Shown here one piece after another: positions 58,967 to 64,000 of a stretch of 64,000 nt of DNA; position 1 is the first letter of the stretch; every line of letters begins with the position of its first letter. The notes beneath the pieces are model-generated. The model was given only the letters and a program-made list of their open reading frames with translations, did no database searches and was not told the origin of the DNA. The position numbers were made by a program, and so were the translations under genes. The stretch lies in assembly GCA_041479905.1 (NCBI GenBank), contig JBGOYY010000003.1, positions 16,516-80,515 of the forward strand. Direction: 5' to 3'. Source of the DNA: Candidatus Aminicenantia bacterium. GTDB taxonomy: Bacteria; Acidobacteriota; Aminicenantia; Aminicenantales; Saccharicenantaceae.

Positions 58967-60310
58967 ATGACTCTGCGCCGCCTGAAGGTCCCCGCCCTCC
59001 TCGTCGTGGTCCTCGCCGGCTTCCTCAGCGCCTGTTCCACGACGCCCCAAAACGGCGGCGTCACCCCCGTCGATATCCCCGCGGCCTCCATGTCTTACAT
59101 CGTGCTCGCCTGGAACGACCTGGGCATGCGCGACCTCAACCCGAGCTACGACAAGGAAGTCCTCCTGCCGCCCTACAATAATGTCTGGGCCCAGGTGATC
59201 AAGCGCGGCAACCCGCCCGAGATCGTGACGACGGGCGTCACCCTGGAATACCGGATCATCGACAACACCTATTCCTACGGCAAGGGGACGGCGTCGCCGC
59301 TTCGCAGTTACGGCCAGTTCTGGGACAACTCCTTCGACCTCTTCGGCGTCTCCCTCGCCCACGACACGGGCCTCAACCTGGTCGACCCGGACATCCACAA
59401 CGGACTCTCGGGAACGATGCTCCTCAAGGGCAACCACTTCGAGGTCGACGGCGTCCCCGTCGTCCCCATCAACGACGCCGGGACGTGGGACCCCTACCAA
59501 ATCGCGGAGATCGTCGTCCGCGACGCCTCGACAAGCGCCGAGCTGGCCCGGACCCGGGCGACCGTCCCGACGTCCGACGAGATCAATTGCGCCAAGTGCC
59601 ATGGCCAGACGGTCAACACTGTTGCGATCCTGTCGGTTCTGGCAGAACACGATAAAGCCGAAGCGACGACGTTCGTCGCCGACGGCGTCCCCGTCCTCTG
59701 CGCCGACTGCCACGGCAGTCCCGCCCTCGGGCAGACCGGTTCGGGTTCGTCGGAATTGTATCTCTCCCAGGTCATACACGGCTTCCACAGCACCACGAGT
59801 GCGGCTTGCTACGACTGCCATCCCGGGACGACCACGAAGTTCAGCCGGAGCACGGCCCACACGGCGACAGGCGGCAACTGCACGAACTGCCACGGCGCGC
59901 TGGCCAACGTCGCCACCACGATCAGCGCGGGCCGGATCCCCTGGGTGAGCGAGCCGAAATGCGTGGACTGTCACACCTTCGTCGCCGAAGTCGACACGGG
60001 CTCGACGCTCTACCGCAACGCCAACGCCCATAACGGCATCTCCTGCCCCGCCTGCCACGGCAGCCCCCACGCCCAAATCCCCTCGGACAAGGCCGTGGAC
60101 CACTACCAGGCCCTTCAATACCAGAACAAGGCCCTGCCTCTCGGCAGCTGCCAGGTCTGCCACAGCGGGTCAAAAGGCGGCGGTTTGGTGAATATCGTGG
60201 ATGCCCACGGCGGAAGCCGGCCGACGGCGTGCACCGTCTGCCACACAGGGCCCATCTCGACGAACAATCCGCTGGGGTACCCTCACCGTTTCCAGCAGAA
60301 GAACCGCTGA
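58967..60310 (+). CDS. octaheme c-type cytochrome lipoprotein
   Basis: Lipobox FLSAC. Eight CxxCH motifs: CAKCH, CADCH, CYDCH, CTNCH, CVDCH, CPACH, CQVCH and CTVCH. AAGGAGA upstream of the ATG. Confidence 0.85.
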   Translation: MTLRRLKVPALLVVVLAGFLSACSTTPQNGGVTPVDIPAASMSYIVLAWNDLGMRDLNPSYDKEVLLPPYNNVWAQVIKRGNPPEIVTTGVTLEYRIIDNTYSYGKGTASPLRSYGQFWDNSFDLFGVSLAHDTGLNLVDPDIHNGLSGTMLLKGNHFEVDGVPVVPINDAGTWDPYQIAEIVVRDASTSAELARTRATVPTSDEINCAKCHGQTVNTVAILSVLAEHDKAEATTFVADGVPVLCADCHGSPALGQTGSGSSELYLSQVIHGFHSTTSAACYDCHPGTTTKFSRSTAHTATGGNCTNCHGALANVATTISAGRIPWVSEPKCVDCHTFVAEVDTGSTLYRNANAHNGISCPACHGSPHAQIPSDKAVDHYQALQYQNKALPLGSCQVCHSGSKGGGLVNIVDAHGGSRPTACTVCHTGPISTNNPLGYPHRFQQKNR

Positions 60311-60317
60311 CGTCTCT

Positions 60318-62666
60318 CTACGAGTCTGATTTCCGGGACATGTGCCCGACGTAAGTCCGCAGGAAGCGGACGGCCTCGTCGGCCCGCCTAAAAACAGGGA
60401 TCCCGGCGCGCTCGAGACATCCGGCCAAGGGGGTATAGAGCTCTCCGGCATCGATATTGACGACGAACGGCTTGTCCGTCGATCGGAAAAGCTCGATCGT
60501 CCGCGAAGCGAAGCTCCCGGGCCGGTTGAGATCCTCCCGATGCCCCTCCCCCGGCGGCAGTGTGTTCTGGGCCGGGGTCATGGGAACGTTCGAGACGACC
60601 GCGCAATCCACGTCCGGGTCCTCCAGGATGGCCCGCGCACACTCCACGAAGACGGCGTCGTCGGCGACCGGAGTCACGTCGAGGGGGTTGTGGACGTCCT
60701 GGAGGCGGTCGATGCCGAGCGGCCGGAGAACCGCCGCGATCCTCTTCCGGGTCGCGGGCGTGAGCGGAGCGAGTTCGAGGCCCGCCCCGTTTTTCAGGTT
60801 GTCGGCCAGCACGACGCACTCGAACCCGGCGTTGCTGATGAGCCCGACCCGGCGGCCGCGGACCGTCCGGCCTTCGAGGAATGACAGTCCCTTCATGAAG
60901 CTCTCGAACTCGAAGATGTCCCCGGCCACGATCGCGCCGGCTTGTTCCAGGACGGCCCGGAAGACGCCGTAGTCGCCGGCTACGGAAGCCGTGTGACTCG
61001 ACGTCGCCGCCCGGCCTTCGGGGCTCCGGCCCGCCTTGTAGACGAGGACCGTCCGGCCGGTCGCCGTGATCTCGCCGACGGCCCGGGCGAAAGCCAATCC
61101 GTCGCCCGGCTTGAACCCTTCCATATAGACGGCGAACAGCTTGACGGCGGGGTCGTCCTTGAGGAACGTCAGGTAATCCGAGGCGGTCAGATCGAGCTGG
61201 TTCCCGAGGGAGACGGCGTAGAGCGGCTCGACCTCCGGCAGCTTGCTCATCCGGCAGATCATGAAGGCGCCGCTCTGGCTGATGACGGCCATGTCCGAGC
61301 GCGTGCTCTTCGGCCGGGACAGCTTGTGCTTGGGGATGAAGGTCGTGTCGTAACGGCCGGGCTTAGAGGCGATGCCCAGGCAGTTGCCGCCGTTGACGAC
61401 GGGCGTCGTCTTCGCGCTCCGGCGGCCTTCGCGGAGAAGCTCCCGGATCTTTTCCTCGATCGACGCCCCGCCCTCCTTCTCGCCCATGCCGCCGGCGATG
61501 AGGATGACCGAACGCGCCTTCTCGTGTTCGACGAGGTCCTTCATCACCACGTAGCACTGGTCGGCGGCGAGGGTCAGGACGAAGAGGTCGACCGTCCGGG
61601 GCATGGCCTCGACCGACGGGACGCAGAGACAGCCTTCGATCGACTCGAGCCCGGGCTTGACCACGATAACGTTCTCGGCCGGAAAACCGTTCTGCAGGGT
61701 GTTGTTGAGGATGAGGTGGCCGATGTTCATCTTCTCCGAGACGCCGATGATGCCGATCGACGCGGGCCTGAGGAGCGGCCCTATGGCGGCGACAGGCCGG
61801 GCGGATACGCTCGCTTTGTCGCGGGAAAATCGGCAGACCCCATCCAGGGGGACGAGCCGGCCGCGGCGAACGACGAAGGGGTTGACCTCGGCTTCCTCGA
61901 GGACGAAAGGAGAGTCGGCGGAAAAGGGCGAGAAGGCGGCGGCCAGGTCGCGGAAGCGGAGGAGGGTTTCGGCCAGGACCTTGGGGGAGACGAGAGCTTT
62001 CCGTCCCCGGAATTCGGCGGCCAGCTTGCCATAGAAGGCCAGCGGCTCGAGAAGGCCCTGAACCTTTCCGCCGGCGAGGAGGTGGGCGGAGGCGACGGCC
62101 ACGGCCCGCCCCTCACGGAGACGCTCGTTCATGTACTCGACGTCGAGCCCGCCGTTCCCCATCGTCAGCACGGGCCCGAAGTCACGGGAATTCCTCAGGC
62201 CGAGGAGGATCTCCGAGCCGAAGCCGACATTGTCGAAGGCGATTTTCTCGGCGACGAGGAAACCCCGGATGGATTCCCGGACGGCCTTCAGGGACGAAGG
62301 CTGTCCGGCGGCGCCGTGGCTTCGGCCCCTTTTCTCCCATCCGACATAGCGGAGGGGCACGGTCCGGAGCATCGAAGCGCAGGCCTTGTTCACCGACGCG
62401 GCATCGGGCTTGACGAAGGCGACGCCCCCGACGTCGGACTTGTGGATGATGAGCGGAGAAACGATTTTGAGGACGACGGCGTCGGTCCCGAGGCCGATCA
62501 AATCCTTCCGGCCGACGGCCTGACCGGCCGGGACGAAGACATGGCGGGGCGCGGGGATCCCGGCCTCCTCGAGGACCTCGTAGACTTCGTGTTCGAGCAG
62601 GAAATTCCGGCCGTCCCGCTCCGCCGCCTCGAGCGTCCGGTGGACCCTTTTCCAGTCCGTTTTCAT
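60318..62666 (-). CDS. ADP-forming acyl/acetyl-CoA synthetase (fused ATP-grasp plus CoA-binding/ligase domains)
   Basis: N-terminal ATP-grasp (EHEVYEVLEEAGIP...VLKIVSPLIIHKSDVGGV), then CoA-binding (SIGIIGVSEK) and succinyl-CoA-ligase-like domains. ATGA overlap with iorB. The remainder of the 1150-aa ORF is read-through into iorB/iorA. Confidence 0.8.
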   Translation of the reverse strand: MKTDWKRVHRTLEAAERDGRNFLLEHEVYEVLEEAGIPAPRHVFVPAGQAVGRKDLIGLGTDAVVLKIVSPLIIHKSDVGGVAFVKPDAASVNKACASMLRTVPLRYVGWEKRGRSHGAAGQPSSLKAVRESIRGFLVAEKIAFDNVGFGSEILLGLRNSRDFGPVLTMGNGGLDVEYMNERLREGRAVAVASAHLLAGGKVQGLLEPLAFYGKLAAEFRGRKALVSPKVLAETLLRFRDLAAAFSPFSADSPFVLEEAEVNPFVVRRGRLVPLDGVCRFSRDKASVSARPVAAIGPLLRPASIGIIGVSEKMNIGHLILNNTLQNGFPAENVIVVKPGLESIEGCLCVPSVEAMPRTVDLFVLTLAADQCYVVMKDLVEHEKARSVILIAGGMGEKEGGASIEEKIRELLREGRRSAKTTPVVNGGNCLGIASKPGRYDTTFIPKHKLSRPKSTRSDMAVISQSGAFMICRMSKLPEVEPLYAVSLGNQLDLTASDYLTFLKDDPAVKLFAVYMEGFKPGDGLAFARAVGEITATGRTVLVYKAGRSPEGRAATSSHTASVAGDYGVFRAVLEQAGAIVAGDIFEFESFMKGLSFLEGRTVRGRRVGLISNAGFECVVLADNLKNGAGLELAPLTPATRKRIAAVLRPLGIDRLQDVHNPLDVTPVADDAVFVECARAILEDPDVDCAVVSNVPMTPAQNTLPPGEGHREDLNRPGSFASRTIELFRSTDKPFVVNIDAGELYTPLAGCLERAGIPVFRRADEAVRFLRTYVGHMSRKSDS

Positions 62667-63241
62667 GCGCCGAGGGCCGCTTTCTTCCCGAGCTCGAAAG
62701 CCTTGAGGTTGGCCTCGAGCACGGCGGCCCCGCGGCCGCGGAAAAGGGCGTCGATGGTCGCGAGCAGGCTCGTCTCCTTCAGGATCAGGGAGCCCGCGGC
62801 CGCCCCTAGGAGGACGATGTTCTGGGCCTTGACCGTCCCGGCTTCCCGGGCCAGCTTCTCCGAGTCGACGACGACGCTCCTCGGCGCCTTGCGGACCGCC
62901 TCCAGGACCCGGTCGATGTCCGGATAGTCGGGGATGTTCCGGTACGGCGTCGAGCTCGTCACGACGATCCCGCCCGGCCGGAGGTATTCGAAGTAGCGCA
63001 GGGCTTCGAGCGGCTCGACGCTCAGGATCATGTCGGCCTCGCCTTTGGGGATGAGGTCGCTCCAGATCGCATCGTTCGAGAGACGCATGTGCGACTGGAC
63101 GGCCCCTCCCCGCTGGGCCATGCCGTGGACCTCGGCCTGTTTGAAAAAGAGCCCGTCGGCGAGGGCCGCGTTGTCGATAACGTAAGCGATGGACAGGATG
63201 CCCTGACCGCCGACGCCCGCGAGAATGATGTCCTGCTTCAT
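62663..63241 (-). CDS. iorB: indolepyruvate:ferredoxin oxidoreductase beta subunit
   Basis: ILAGVGGQGILS...EVHGMAQRGGAV motif. 192 aa. Confidence 0.85.
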   Translation of the reverse strand: MKQDIILAGVGGQGILSIAYVIDNAALADGLFFKQAEVHGMAQRGGAVQSHMRLSNDAIWSDLIPKGEADMILSVEPLEALRYFEYLRPGGIVVTSSTPYRNIPDYPDIDRVLEAVRKAPRSVVVDSEKLAREAGTVKAQNIVLLGAAAGSLILKETSLLATIDALFRGRGAAVLEANLKAFELGKKAALGA

Positions 63242-63244
63242 GGC

Positions 63245-64000
63245 CTAGCTCCTTTTCTTCCGCGTTTCCTGGACGCACTCCCGGACGGCGACGATGACGG
63301 ACAGCCCGCGGTGGTCGATCTCTTCCTTGATGACCTGGATATTCTTTTCGTGGTTCTTCGGCAGCGGCTCGATCGTCCGGATATGCTCCTTGGCCACGCC
63401 CACGCCTTCGATGATGCGGAGAAGGCGGTCGCCGGTCCCGTAGCTCGGCTGTCCCCCCGTCATGGCCGTCGTCGCGTTGTCGAGGACGATAACGGTCATG
63501 TCGGTGTTGGCGAAGGCCGCTCCGAGAAGGGGGGTGATGCCCGAATGGGCGAAGGTCGAGTCGCCGATGACCGAGACGGCCGGGTGGAGGCCGACGTCGG
63601 ACGCGCCCCGGGCCATGCCGACGCTCGCCCCCATGCAGACGCATGTATGGACGGCGTTGTAGGGAGGCAGGGCGCCCAGAGTGTAACAGCCGATGTCGCT
63701 GAACACGTTCGCGCCGGGGTAGTTTTCGAGGGCCTTGTTGAGGGCCTTGAAGGTGTCGGCGTGGGGACACCCGACGCAGAGCTGGGGCGGACGGCCGGAG
63801 AGCGGGAGCCCGCTCGCCGCGACGGCCGGGAGAGGGTCTCGGCCGAGCGCCCGGCGGACGATGTCCGGGGAGAGCTCCCCGGAGGCCGGGAAGGCGCCGC
63901 TGAGCTTTCCCAGAACGGTCTTGCCGGCGATCCCGAAGAGCCCCTTCAACTGCCGTTCGATGAAAGGATAGCCGTCTTCGATGACAAGGACGGCGTCGAC
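63245..64000 (-). CDS. iorA: indolepyruvate:ferredoxin oxidoreductase alpha subunit, C-terminal part (gene continues beyond the window)
   Basis: The TPP-binding region GDSTFAHSG...LDNATTAMTGGQ and CVGCPH. The frame is open to base 64000. Confidence 0.85.
   Translation of the reverse strand, partial: VDAVLVIEDGYPFIERQLKGLFGIAGKTVLGKLSGAFPASGELSPDIVRRALGRDPLPAVAASGLPLSGRPPQLCVGCPHADTFKALNKALENYPGANVFSDIGCYTLGALPPYNAVHTCVCMGASVGMARGASDVGLHPAVSVIGDSTFAHSGITPLLGAAFANTDMTVIVLDNATTAMTGGQPSYGTGDRLLRIIEGVGVAKEHIRTIEPLPKNHEKNIQVIKEEIDHRGLSVIVAVRECVQETRKKRS

Overview
High-GC bacterial chromosomal segment (GC judged by eye, not computed). I call about 55 protein genes, two tRNA-Ser genes and one long-form, Alu-domain SRP RNA. 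Genes sit in tightly coupled operons, many with 4-nt ATGA start/stop overlaps.

Content is mostly housekeeping and degradative metabolism:
- a gcvT-gcvH-gcvPA-gcvPB-glyQ-glyS string, plus argS and serS
- an ABC/GldG-like/DUF4340 module
- mutY and a flavodiiron protein
- a hexosaminidase/amino-sugar-like cluster
- several secreted glycosidases and an M14 peptidase
- transketolase, rmuC and an octaheme cytochrome c
- an iorAB plus ADP-forming acyl-CoA synthetase operon

I found no CRISPR array, transposase, integrase or recognisable defence system. Most long ORFs antisense to these genes are high-GC artefacts.

The signals not explained by ordinary annotation are:
1. A convergent pair of 75-nt elements at 48862-49061 whose internal hairpin is preserved by three compensatory double substitutions.
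2. An exact 26-nt duplicate of the 5' part of the SRP RNA gene. The two copies bracket a 1.4-kb segment whose AT-rich part carries two small 4-TM protein genes.
3. A perfect 53-nt palindrome lying between two divergent promoters.
4. A 25-nt motif shared by two AT-rich/GC-rich junctions about 39.5 kb apart.
5. A mutY gene whose conserved N-terminus has no canonical start codon.

All functional calls come from motif and family recognition by eye; no searches were run.
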